A DNA stretch of 64,000 nt from Candidatus Methylomirabilales bacterium. GTDB lineage: Bacteria > Methylomirabilota > Methylomirabilia > Methylomirabilales > CSP1-5. The stretch covers positions 10,517 through 74,516 of the forward strand of contig JBHIAH010000006.1 of assembly GCA_046758505.1 (NCBI GenBank), written 5' to 3'. Within the stretch, counting starts at the first letter, position 1. Every line of letters starts with the position of its first letter. The position numbers and the translations under genes were made by a program. Shown here piece by piece: positions 9,720-17,723 of this stretch. The notes under the pieces are model-generated. The model searched no databases. It was given only the letters and a program-made list of their open reading frames with translations, and was not told where the DNA came from.

Positions 9720-10196
9720 TTATCGGTGGCAGTATTTACAGATGAGTTCTTCGTACTGTTTAATAATTTCTCCGTCGATCGCAATAACTCGGTCTTCTAC
9801 CAAGGGGTAAAGTTCACCAGTCTGAGCAAACCGTTCAACTGTCGAGATAGAGAAGTGAGGCTCGTACGGCCTTACGATAATTAAGCGTGCTTCGGGCCAA
9901 TACTTTGCTGCCCTGGTGCCCCACTCTTTGAGAGATTCGGCCAATCCGTTTCCTGATCGAAACTTGACCTCGACGAAAGAGACATCCCCATTTTTCATCA
10001 CAATAAAATCAGGCATCGTGCGGATCTTCTCGGCCTCGATATCCCCCTTGTTCATCCGGGGGAGGCCTCGTTGCACGAGGCTCTGGAGAATCCCCTCGTA
10101 GCCGAAGCGGTAGACAAAGTAACCGCCATCCTGGAGCATCTCGCTCACGATCGTCTCGGCCATTCGTCCCCGGAGGAGGCTTTCGGGAAACTTCAC
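9720..10196 (-). CDS. PD-(D/E)xK nuclease-fold protein
   Basis: GRMAE...MPDFIV...FVEVKFRS motif arrangement; GTG start after GAGG. Confidence 0.65.
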   Translation of the reverse strand: MKFPESLLRGRMAETIVSEMLQDGGYFVYRFGYEGILQSLVQRGLPRMNKGDIEAEKIRTMPDFIVMKNGDVSFVEVKFRSGNGLAESLKEWGTRAAKYWPEARLIIVRPYEPHFSISTVERFAQTGELYPLVEDRVIAIDGEIIKQYEELICKYCHR

Positions 10197-10259
10197 GGTC
10201 GAATCCTCATTTAAGTGCCCACAAAGGGCATACCATCCTTCCGTCAGGGGAGAAAGGAC

Positions 10260-10275
10260 TGCAACTCTTATGCCG
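10260..10275 (-). promoter_or_regulatory. sigma54 promoter
   Basis: Minus strand CGGCATAAGAGTTGCA; IHF-consensus match TATCAATAGGTTA at 10348-10360. Confidence 0.6.
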
Positions 10276-10593
10276 TAGGGCACCTGGGAGCCATCTGGCG
10301 CGCACCGTCCTCAGGGCGGGCGGCTCGGGCTACCAGAATAAAGGCCGTAACCTATTGATATGAGGGTGATCAGCCGCAGGGCAGGCTTTTAGGAGGGTTG
10401 GCTGAAAGTCTGCGGGTGAAAGCAGTATGCCCGTCCACCACAAAGCCGTATCCGCGCCGTCCTTTGCCAAAATGGCCCTTGAATCCTCGGCGTGCGGTCG
10501 ATGGTGCGGGAAGGGGTAAAGGGGGATCCTGGGGTGGCGCGCAATATCAGGATGCGCGGCCTGACCCTACAACCAGTCATGTTCGTGGCAATG

Positions 10594-11706
10594 TCAGCCA
10601 GAACTTGCTTCCACCATGCAAACTGCCTGGCGAAGCCTCTTGATTGCTTCCTCGCGGCCAACAGCAACGGACTGCACGGTGGGCGCGTCGAACAGGAGGC
10701 GTGCGTAATCTGCGTTTATAGCCCAGCTTACGTCCGGTGGCGCTCCCTTCGGGATGGACCGGAAACCCTGCAAAGCGGCAGCTGAATCTATGATGCCAAC
10801 AACTTCTCCTAGTTCATTTACAATTGGACCGCCAGAGTAATCTGCCTGAATTGGGACTGAAATTTGTAGGACGGACGCCTCACCTTTAGGTCCAGAAAGT
10901 GCGCTGATGACCCCCTCCAATGATCTTGCTTCTTCACCGAGGTGGTCCGTACCAGGATAACTCACCGTGAAAACACGCTCACCCAGGCGGGCAGATCCTG
11001 TCGACACTAAAGGGAGGAACTGTGGCGTGCGAGGACCAATTTGCAGAACCGCAAGATCGTTCCCGGCGTTATACGTTTGGACCTTGGCGTTTGTGACTGT
11101 TCCGTCAGCCAAGTGAACTTGTATGGACTTCGCGCCCTGGACAACGTGGTAGGTCGTTAGCAGGATCCCATTCCCACGCACCGCAAAGCAAGTCCCACGA
11201 ATGTTTTGATCTCTTTTATCTTTTGGCTCCACCTTTGGAATCTCAGGAGTAGCCTGTGCGCTTGCAACTGATTCCTCCTCTACATCTTCCTCTGCGTCTT
11301 TTGGTGGTGCGGGAACCGGCGCCTGATTGATGGCAAGGATGCGATCGTCGGGACCATAGATGATGGTGATCCGGTGCTTATCGGCTTGGGAAGCCTCGAT
11401 GGGTGTGCCAGCGACCTCCCAAATACCCAGGGTCAGAACATCCAACACAGCGTGCCCGGCAGCACGTCCCGCACTTGGCTCGTTGCCTAGCTCATACTCG
11501 TAGATGTCGGTTCGCCCACCATCCGGGGTCGTCACGGAGGAGACGGGACTGCCCAGTTGCAACTCCGCCTCCCCGCGGGTTGAGCCCACGCGTAACGCGC
11601 CCAAATTTGGTTCCCTTTTACCACTCATCGCCATACCGACAGAACATGCTGTTAGCGATGAAAGGAGGAACACACCTGCCAACAAAGCAGTTAGCTGCTT
11701 TATCAT
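10594..11706 (-). CDS. Lipoprotein with C-terminal trypsin-like (S1C) serine protease domain
   Basis: Lipobox LTAC; triad TYHVV / NDLAVL / DYSGGP. Confidence 0.8.
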   Translation of the reverse strand: MIKQLTALLAGVFLLSSLTACSVGMAMSGKREPNLGALRVGSTRGEAELQLGSPVSSVTTPDGGRTDIYEYELGNEPSAGRAAGHAVLDVLTLGIWEVAGTPIEASQADKHRITIIYGPDDRILAINQAPVPAPPKDAEEDVEEESVASAQATPEIPKVEPKDKRDQNIRGTCFAVRGNGILLTTYHVVQGAKSIQVHLADGTVTNAKVQTYNAGNDLAVLQIGPRTPQFLPLVSTGSARLGERVFTVSYPGTDHLGEEARSLEGVISALSGPKGEASVLQISVPIQADYSGGPIVNELGEVVGIIDSAAALQGFRSIPKGAPPDVSWAINADYARLLFDAPTVQSVAVGREEAIKRLRQAVCMVEASSG

Positions 11707-11833
11707 AATCAAACCCCCTCGTGGTTTCCCTTTCAACTTCAGAAATCTATGCGACCTCACTTTGCCATCAGATCCTGTAAAACAGGACACAAAAAATGCA
11801 TTCTGCTGGACTGTGCCAAGCAATAAAGGCTAG

Positions 11834-11849
11834 TGCAATGATCGTGCCG
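11834..11849 (-). promoter_or_regulatory. sigma54 promoter
   Basis: Minus strand CGGCACGATCATTGCA. Confidence 0.6.
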
Positions 11850-12359
11850 AAGATAGCTGGAAGCTATCACGGCCCTTACTTCAGCAACACTGCCATGGGA
11901 CTCGGCTAAAACCGGAAAGCTGCCTCTTTCGGATAGGGATCATGTTCGAGGTAAAACTTCGGGAAGCTGGGTGTGAAACGGTGTGCATAAGATCATAAGA
12001 TAAAAAAGGAGAGGGCTGCACCGAGAGCCGGGACGCCTGTCGAGCCGGAGCGTGCCGGAAAATAAGTTTGGCTGTGTGGTGGGCGGTCGAGTGGGCCCGA
12101 AGGGGGCGAGGGACTATGCCTGCCCCTTCTTCTTTCTGGGGGATTTCAGTTGGCCCCGGGGGACCGGTGTGCCGGGGGCTCGGGGCAACCGCACCCTCCA
12201 GATCTTCTTACGTGGCTTCTGGAGCTTTCCCACGAGAGCGATACGCCCCTCTCCGCCGGCCCGAGGAGGCTGCGCCAACCGCGCATCAGACCCGCGGCCG
12301 CTCGCCGCATTCCAAGTGCAATGTCAGGATTCAGGACCCTACACTAGAGCTACGGCCGG

Positions 12360-12587
12360 TCACGCCACAGTCTTCCAGTTCATCTCCAGGCGCTTCCCAG
12401 TGGCCGCGCAATCCCGAAGGTATAGGTTAATGAGCGTCTGATACGGGATCCCACACTCCTCCGAGATCGACTTGAAGTACTTGATCGTCTGCTCGTCGAG
12501 TCGGATGGTGACCTGCCGCTTGAGGCGGCTCGCGTAGGGGTTCCGCCGTGCCTTCGAAAAGTCGTATTCTTTCTTCATGTGTGCCAC
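12360..12587 (-). CDS. brnA: BrnA-family antitoxin
   Basis: MKKEYDFSKARRNPY...VTIRLD...PYQTLINLYL; overlaps brnT. Confidence 0.85.
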   Translation of the reverse strand: MAHMKKEYDFSKARRNPYASRLKRQVTIRLDEQTIKYFKSISEECGIPYQTLINLYLRDCAATGKRLEMNWKTVA

Positions 12588-12871
12588 CTTTGATTGTAGA
12601 TGTCCCGTTCCCTGCGGGTCGCCTTGCGTGCGGAGATGATCTGGATCACCCCCTGGTCCTCCCGGTAGGCATGAGCCACCACAAGGATGCGCAGCTTCGC
12701 ACTGAGCCCAAGAAGGATGAACCGGTCTTCCGCGGTTGCGTGCTCGGGGTCGTCGATCAATAACGCGTGCTCGTCCGCGAAGACCGTCTCTGCCTCGGCA
12801 AACGGTACTCGGTGCTTCCGCCTGTTCTGCGAGTCCTTCTTGGGATCCCAGGCGAACCGCAGATCAGACAT
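12575..12871 (-). CDS. brnT: BrnT-family toxin
   Basis: FAWDPKK..NRRKH..F.EA.TVF.D; EDRFILLG; IISARKATRRER. Confidence 0.9.
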   Translation of the reverse strand: MSDLRFAWDPKKDSQNRRKHRVPFAEAETVFADEHALLIDDPEHATAEDRFILLGLSAKLRILVVAHAYREDQGVIQIISARKATRRERDIYNQRWHT

Positions 12872-12877
12872 ACTTAC

Positions 12878-12906
12878 ATCATAACTACGAAGTAGGGTCT
12901 TGTCAA
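12878..12906 (-). promoter_or_regulatory. sigma70 promoter of brnTA, probably leaderless
   Basis: TTGACA-N17-TATGAT then 6 nt to ATG; CTAC-TTC-GTAG palindrome in the spacer. Confidence 0.75.
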
Positions 12907-13283
12907 GATATCTCTCGTGTGCGCCTAACGCTAACGCCGAGCCGCCGCTGTTGAGCGAGCGGTCTGAACCAACCCTGCCCCTTCCCGCACTACGGCCATC
13001 TGAAGCGTCCGCAGAATATCAAAATATCAACGTCAGACCCTCATGCGAGCATACGCCCGATAGTTTCGGAATTCCGAAAACGTGGGGGAAATGGGAAATG
13101 GCCAGCCTCGACTCTATCGGCGTTCGCCGGCACCCCTGAAGTGCGGCGTACTGAATTGCCCTGCCCCCGAGCCTCGACCAATCCAATTACAAATAGCAAA
13201 CCGCCGGCCTGACCCCGCCCCTCCACTGCAACACGATCCTCAGTATGCTCGACGGGAAGAGGGGTGGCCATCACCCGGTCCGC

Positions 13284-13333
13284 AGCGGCTGATGAAGAGA
13301 GCCGATGCAATTGACAATTGTAGACTCGACCCC
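13284..13333 (+). repeat. About 50 bp direct repeat, second copy at 14156-14205
   Basis: AGCGGCTGATGAAGA.AGCCGA.GCAATTGACAATTGTAGAC...ACCCC; the two copies bracket the MNT-HEPN pair. Confidence 0.85.
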
Positions 13334-13546
13334 TTATTCGCCCTCATGGGTTCTCGGGAACGGGACGGCTAGCAGGGTTAATAGCCCCTTGAGATATTTT
13401 TCGGCGCACTGCTGGGCGTGAAAACACACCGTGCCTAGGGGGCATCTCGCGCGGAGGGTTAATGTATGCTCGGCAGTGGTGAGATCTTCCTCAGCCTTCT
13501 CGACCCATTGGCGAACCACCCGAAGCGTCTCAGGCGACACGCTCAT
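13334..13546 (-). pseudogene. HEPN domain protein, C-terminally truncated
   Basis: W.EKAEEDL..A, CFHAQQCAEKYLK, PRTH then stop at 70 aa, next to the repeat motif. Confidence 0.8.
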
Positions 13547-13862
13547 ACAACACCTCGCCCTCGCGCAGGGCAGGATAGATGATCGTCCCGACAGTATCGC
13601 GGTATCGCTCGACCTCCTCAGGGGTGACCACGATCACGTCCTTCGGGAACCCGACGCCCGCGAGGGCGAGATCGATCTCGACGGCGGTCTGGCGCTTAGA
13701 GCCGGAAACGCGCATCACTACCAGCAGGTCGGCGTCGCTGTCCGGCCCACCCGTCCCGCGAGCCTGCGACCCGAACAGGATGATCTTTTCCGGATCGAAG
13801 CGGTCCACGATCCGTCGCACCATCTCCCCGATGATCTGCTGTCTCCAGTCTCCGTCGTCCAC
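13530..13862 (-). CDS. Minimal nucleotidyltransferase (MNT)
   Basis: ILFGSQARG...DSDADLLVV; overlaps the HEPN start. Confidence 0.9.
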   Translation of the reverse strand: MDDGDWRQQIIGEMVRRIVDRFDPEKIILFGSQARGTGGPDSDADLLVVMRVSGSKRQTAVEIDLALAGVGFPKDVIVVTPEEVERYRDTVGTIIYPALREGEVLYERVA

Positions 13863-14312
13863 GGCCTTTTCCGATCACAGCCTTCGCTAACTGCTACGGC
13901 TGCCAGGGCCAGCCAGCCCTTTCTCTCGCTCACGGTAGCATGATACACAACACCGCTAGACTTGACGAGCCCTTCCTGCCAGAGACCGGGAGACGTGCCA
14001 GGCGAGGACTGCACGGGGTAGCGTGTCGGCAGGGCGCACGTGCGGGGCCCGCCCCAGGTACATGGAGTCGAGCTGGAGGGCGACGACGGGCATGGCGTCC
14101 CACCGGCCCGGCCGGCTGGCGGCAGCCAGTGCGAGGGACATTCAGCCAACACCCGAGCGGCTGATGAAGAAAGCCGAAGCAATTGACAATTGTAGACCTC
14201 ACCCCATCCCTCAAATTTCTACAGCATCAGGCCCGCTGCCGCTCGCCGCATTCCGATGGCAATGTCAAGATCCTAGGCCCGACCCTACGACCTTATACTC
14301 CGATCCGTGACA

Positions 14313-14639
14313 CTATTCAGGTGCGAAAAAATCCTCATCGATGCCGAGAAGTGATAAACGACGCCTTGAAACACCTATGTTATTCTCAATCATTAGCTCG
14401 ACAATACGCTGTCCGTCGATAAGCATAATGGGGACTGCCCCACGTTTGAATCCCACCTGTTTTGCCTCCGCGGTAAAGGACGACGTCGTAATGAATATTC
14501 CTTGGTCGAAGTCCCCAGTAATTGCACCCCGAAACTTATCGATTTCTGGGCGAGAAATCGTCGTTTGTTGCCACCGCTTGCTTTGGAAAGCCGCATTAAT
14601 GTTCAAAATGCCTTGCCGGAGCTTACCATGACCGTCGAT
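14313..14639 (-). pseudogene. mrr: Mrr-like restriction endonuclease C-terminal fragment
   Basis: IDGHG, FQSKRW, I.RPEIDKFRGA, GIFITTSSFT, LIDG; N-terminus missing. Confidence 0.8.
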
Positions 14640-14649
14640 CCGACTTCAT

Positions 14650-14677
14650 GTAGGGTCAGGTCTTGAATCTTGAATTT
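14650..14677 (-). repeat. Inverted copy of the Y1-transposase-end-like motif
   Basis: Minus strand AAATTCAAGATTCAAGACCTGACCCTAC; faces the copy at 14261-14288 across the mrr fragment. Confidence 0.75.
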
Positions 14678-14747
14678 TCCCCATCCCCGCGTTCACCCGA
14701 CCAGGACCCAAGTATCTTGACGCCCGATTCTCGCCCCCCCAAAACAC

Positions 14748-14787
14748 AAAGCACCGGGGAGCCTGTGGGGCCCGCCCGGCGCTTTGC
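14748..14787. terminator. Hairpin downstream of hicA, possible terminator
   Basis: CAAAGCACCGGG...CCCGGCGCTTTG inverted repeat. Confidence 0.35.
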
Positions 14788-14880
14788 CCTTGTCAAAATC
14801 TCCCCTGCCTACATCCTCATCCATCCGGCCCGTCCCTGGATAGTTGAGGGTCGAGAGCGGAGCGTTGAGTGTCAATTACC

Positions 14881-15111
14881 TCACAAGACTTCAAATTCCT
14901 CTGGACTCAACGCTGCCTGTCGCAGAATGCTCCGCGGGGTGCCAACGGCTACCTCGCGATGCCGCGGCACGATGGCGGTGCGGATACCCACGGCCATCTG
15001 CTTGACAAACTTGACATGGCTGCCCTTCTGCCCTACTTCCGCAAAGCCCGCTGCTTCCAACCTACGCTTCACTTCACGGTAAGGCAGCGGGCTAAGCGGC
15101 ACTGACTTCAA
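14881..15111 (-). CDS. hicA: HicA-family toxin
   Basis: LEAAGF...QKGSHVKF...VPRH.E..GT..SILRQA. Confidence 0.85.
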   Translation of the reverse strand: MKSVPLSPLPYREVKRRLEAAGFAEVGQKGSHVKFVKQMAVGIRTAIVPRHREVAVGTPRSILRQAALSPEEFEVL

Positions 15112-15298
15112 TCTCGACCCGCCGCATTTGCGGGGTCAGCGTCGCACGCGGTTCCTCGAAGTGCAATTCCAATGCCTCACGGAGGTTCGCCAACGCCTGG
15201 TCTTCGGTCTCCCCTTGGCTGGCGATATCGATCTCCAGGCACTGCGCCACAAACCAGTCGCGTTCGCGTAATATGCTTGCGGTAAACGTCTGCTTCAT
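15092..15298 (-). CDS. hicB: HicB-family antitoxin (short)
   Basis: WFVAQCLEIDIASQGET..QALANLREALELHF. Confidence 0.85.
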   Translation of the reverse strand: MKQTFTASILRERDWFVAQCLEIDIASQGETEDQALANLREALELHFEEPRATLTPQMRRVEIEVSAA

Positions 15299-15534
15299 TC
15301 TCGGCTTTCCTGCCTATCGGCTGCGGCGGTGAGAGGCCACGGAGTGAGTGTGGAGCGCGACACCATTCGTCGGCAATCCAGCCCGTCCCCGTATCCCCCT
15401 AAACCATGATGCGCGAATAGGCTATCAAGGCGAGGGGTCAAGTCTGCCCTTGACTCATCTCCGTTCCAATGCCTTCAAGTCAGACCTGCTCATCAAGCGG
15501 CTTTCGTCCGAGGAAGTAGCTCCTTGGGTATGTA

Positions 15535-15768
15535 TCATAGCTCCTCTAATATTCGGTGATAGTCTTCGATGCTTCGGCCCATGTCTCGGAGGATCTTACG
15601 AAGCAGCGGCCGCACAATAACCTGCGAGCCGTGATCGGGGATGACCACGATCCGTCCTTCGGCATTGCGGAACACGTTGTGGCTGCCCTCCCGCCGGACC
15701 CAATGAAAGCCTACTGCCTCAGCCATCTTACTCAATTGTCGATAGGCGACGAGGCGTAGCTTTGTCAC
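15535..15768 (-). CDS. hicA: HicA-family toxin
   Basis: GF.WVRREGSH...VIPDHG...LLRKILRD. Confidence 0.85.
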   Translation of the reverse strand: MTKLRLVAYRQLSKMAEAVGFHWVRREGSHNVFRNAEGRIVVIPDHGSQVIVRPLLRKILRDMGRSIEDYHRILEEL

Positions 15769-15983
15769 GCTGGGACCTCGACCCTCCAGGTCCCCACGAA
15801 GTCAGGTAGGGGCTCATCAGGTGAGGTTGTTTTCAGGTAGGCCTGAATTGCTTCGCGAATATTTTCTTCGAGCGCTGGCAGATCAGGGGCCTGGGTGTAA
15901 CACCCTGGTAGCTCCACCACTTCCCCCACCAGCCACTGGCTTTCGGGGTCCCGTTCCACCACTATCGTAAACGACCGTTTCAT
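15765..15983 (-). CDS. hicB: HicB-family antitoxin (short)
   Basis: ELPGCYTQA..L..LEENIREAI; GTGA overlap with hicA. Confidence 0.85.
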   Translation of the reverse strand: MKRSFTIVVERDPESQWLVGEVVELPGCYTQAPDLPALEENIREAIQAYLKTTSPDEPLPDFVGTWRVEVPA

Positions 15984-16165
15984 CCTAAGCTCCCTGCGCG
16001 AGCGATCCAGGCCAATTATACGTGCTTAGTGTTGATCGGCAAAACCCAAAAGCGCCGGGGAATCGCCCTTCCTTACGCCACCTAAACCACGATGCCCGCT
16101 ACTCTATTCCCTCGGATGCCCCCATGTCAATAGAGAGTGGCGGGGGAACGGCTGACCGCTGACAG

Positions 16166-16363
16166 CTATTCGGTGTCTTCCTCGATATGCTCGTAAATCA
16201 CCGTCCCACAAGTGGGGCACCGGTCGGTGAAGCAGATCAGGACCTCGGGATCGTACTTCGCATGCGCAGAATAGTACCCCCGTGTCACCTCCGTGCGTTC
16301 CACCTCGGTTCCGCCGCATGTCGGACACCGGGTTAAGTCACGCTCGGGCCTCTGCTCCATCAT
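16166..16363 (-). CDS. Small zinc-ribbon protein
   Basis: Two CPTCG motifs; ATGA overlap with the upstream gene. Confidence 0.6.
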   Translation of the reverse strand: MMEQRPERDLTRCPTCGGTEVERTEVTRGYYSAHAKYDPEVLICFTDRCPTCGTVIYEHIEEDTE

Positions 16364-16845
16364 GCCTCCCCGTCCACCTCAGCGCTGCCCCCCCTGACCG
16401 TCTCCACCCACGCCCGCGGCAGCTGCGATTTGAGCCCGGCCGCCCCGTAGAGCGCACAGCCCAGCATTTTCCCCTCGTAGCGGACCGCCACGTACCCTCC
16501 CTCCACCAGAAAGGGACCAGCGAGAATCTCACCGCGGAGGAAAGGGTTAAGTTGCTCTGCGGTCAGGTCGACCACATTCTTGGCGATGGCGTCTCCGAGG
16601 AAAAGCAGGGCGGCCGTCGTGGGCTTCCAGAGGCTCCTCCGTTTCCGAAGAAACGGCAAGCCGGCCGCCTCGACCTTCAGCAAGGCAAGGGCTTCCTCGA
16701 CCCCCATCAGGTCTGCCATCGCCCAGACGTTCTTCCCCCGCACCAGAAACCGGAGCCCCTTCAGGGCGGAAAAGGGGACACCGAACCGCCCGTGCCAAAA
16801 TTCGAGAATTGCCTGCTGGTCACTCGGGCTTACGGAGACAAGCAA
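16360..16845 (-). CDS. RsmF C-terminal/NIP7-PUA-like RNA-binding protein
   Basis: WKPTT.AL..LG....NVVDL; FLRGE; GYVAVRYEG..LGCA..LKSQLP; overlaps the m5C methyltransferase gene. Confidence 0.65.
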   Translation of the reverse strand: MLVSVSPSDQQAILEFWHGRFGVPFSALKGLRFLVRGKNVWAMADLMGVEEALALLKVEAAGLPFLRKRRSLWKPTTAALLFLGDAIAKNVVDLTAEQLNPFLRGEILAGPFLVEGGYVAVRYEGKMLGCALYGAAGLKSQLPRAWVETVRGGSAEVDGEA

Positions 16846-17722
16846 TGAAGAACCCCCACGAATCGACGAGGTGCGGATAGCACCGGGCCGCCCGGCTCAG
16901 GGAGGGGTGAAACCGCTGCCCGTTCCACTCTGCGAGGCCCGACGCACACGGGACCGGAAGATGCACGGGGACGAGCTCGGCCTGCCCCTCCTCAACGACC
17001 GGCTGAAGCACCGCCTCGTTCTCCTCCGGGGCGTAGGTACACGTAGAATAAACCAGGATCCCGCCGGGCCGGAGCACCCTCAGCGCGTGACGCAAAAGCA
17101 TCTGCTGTAGCCGCTGCAGGCGGCGGCTGACCTGGGGGTCCTCGGTCAATGGCGGCCGGGCCCCGATCCGATAGGTTCCCTCGGCCGAGCAGGGCGGATC
17201 GAGGAGGATCCGATCGAAGAGGACCCGCGTTGGAAAGCTCTGCCCCCGATACCGCGTCACAACGATGCTGGTGATCCCGAGGCGATCCGTGTGAGACCGG
17301 AGGATGCCGATCCGCCGGTGGTTCACATCGTTGGCAACGATCAGGGCGCGGCCGTGCGTGAGCTGGGCCAGATAGGTCGCCTTCCCCCCCGGTGCGGCAC
17401 ACAGGTCGAGCACTCGTTCCCCCACCTGCGGACCGAGGACCACGGGCGGAAGCATCGACGTCAGGCCTTGGATTTGGTACCATCCGCGAAAGTACTCGAG
17501 CGTGCCGCCGGGCGTTCCCGAGCTCTCCCACCGGAACGCCTCTGGAATCCCCGCCACCGGTGCAAGCAAGTAACCCCTGTCCGCCATCGTACGGCAAAAG
17601 GTGTCCCGCGCGATTCGCAGCGTGTTGACCCGCAGGTGGGTCGGCGGCTCGACCTCTACGGCGTCCAGGAACACGGCAAAGTCGGGAACGATGTCGCGAT
17701 ACCGCGCAAAGGCCGGCACCAT
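16820..17722 (-). CDS. RsmB/RsmF/NOP2-family RNA m5C methyltransferase
   Basis: LRVNTL, DLCAAPGGK, DPPCSAEG, YSTCT.APEENE. Confidence 0.9.
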   Translation of the reverse strand: MVPAFARYRDIVPDFAVFLDAVEVEPPTHLRVNTLRIARDTFCRTMADRGYLLAPVAGIPEAFRWESSGTPGGTLEYFRGWYQIQGLTSMLPPVVLGPQVGERVLDLCAAPGGKATYLAQLTHGRALIVANDVNHRRIGILRSHTDRLGITSIVVTRYRGQSFPTRVLFDRILLDPPCSAEGTYRIGARPPLTEDPQVSRRLQRLQQMLLRHALRVLRPGGILVYSTCTYAPEENEAVLQPVVEEGQAELVPVHLPVPCASGLAEWNGQRFHPSLSRAARCYPHLVDSWGFFIACLRKPE

Positions 17723-17723
17723 C

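Noticed and set aside
12893..12906. GTAGGGTCTTG as an inverted transposase-end motif closing the brnTA unit
   Set aside because: Short match lying in the promoter spacer and -35, so it may be coincidental
7700..15500. CRISPR array or classical integron
   Set aside because: Repeats are degenerate and irregularly spaced; no cas or intI gene and no complete attC recognised
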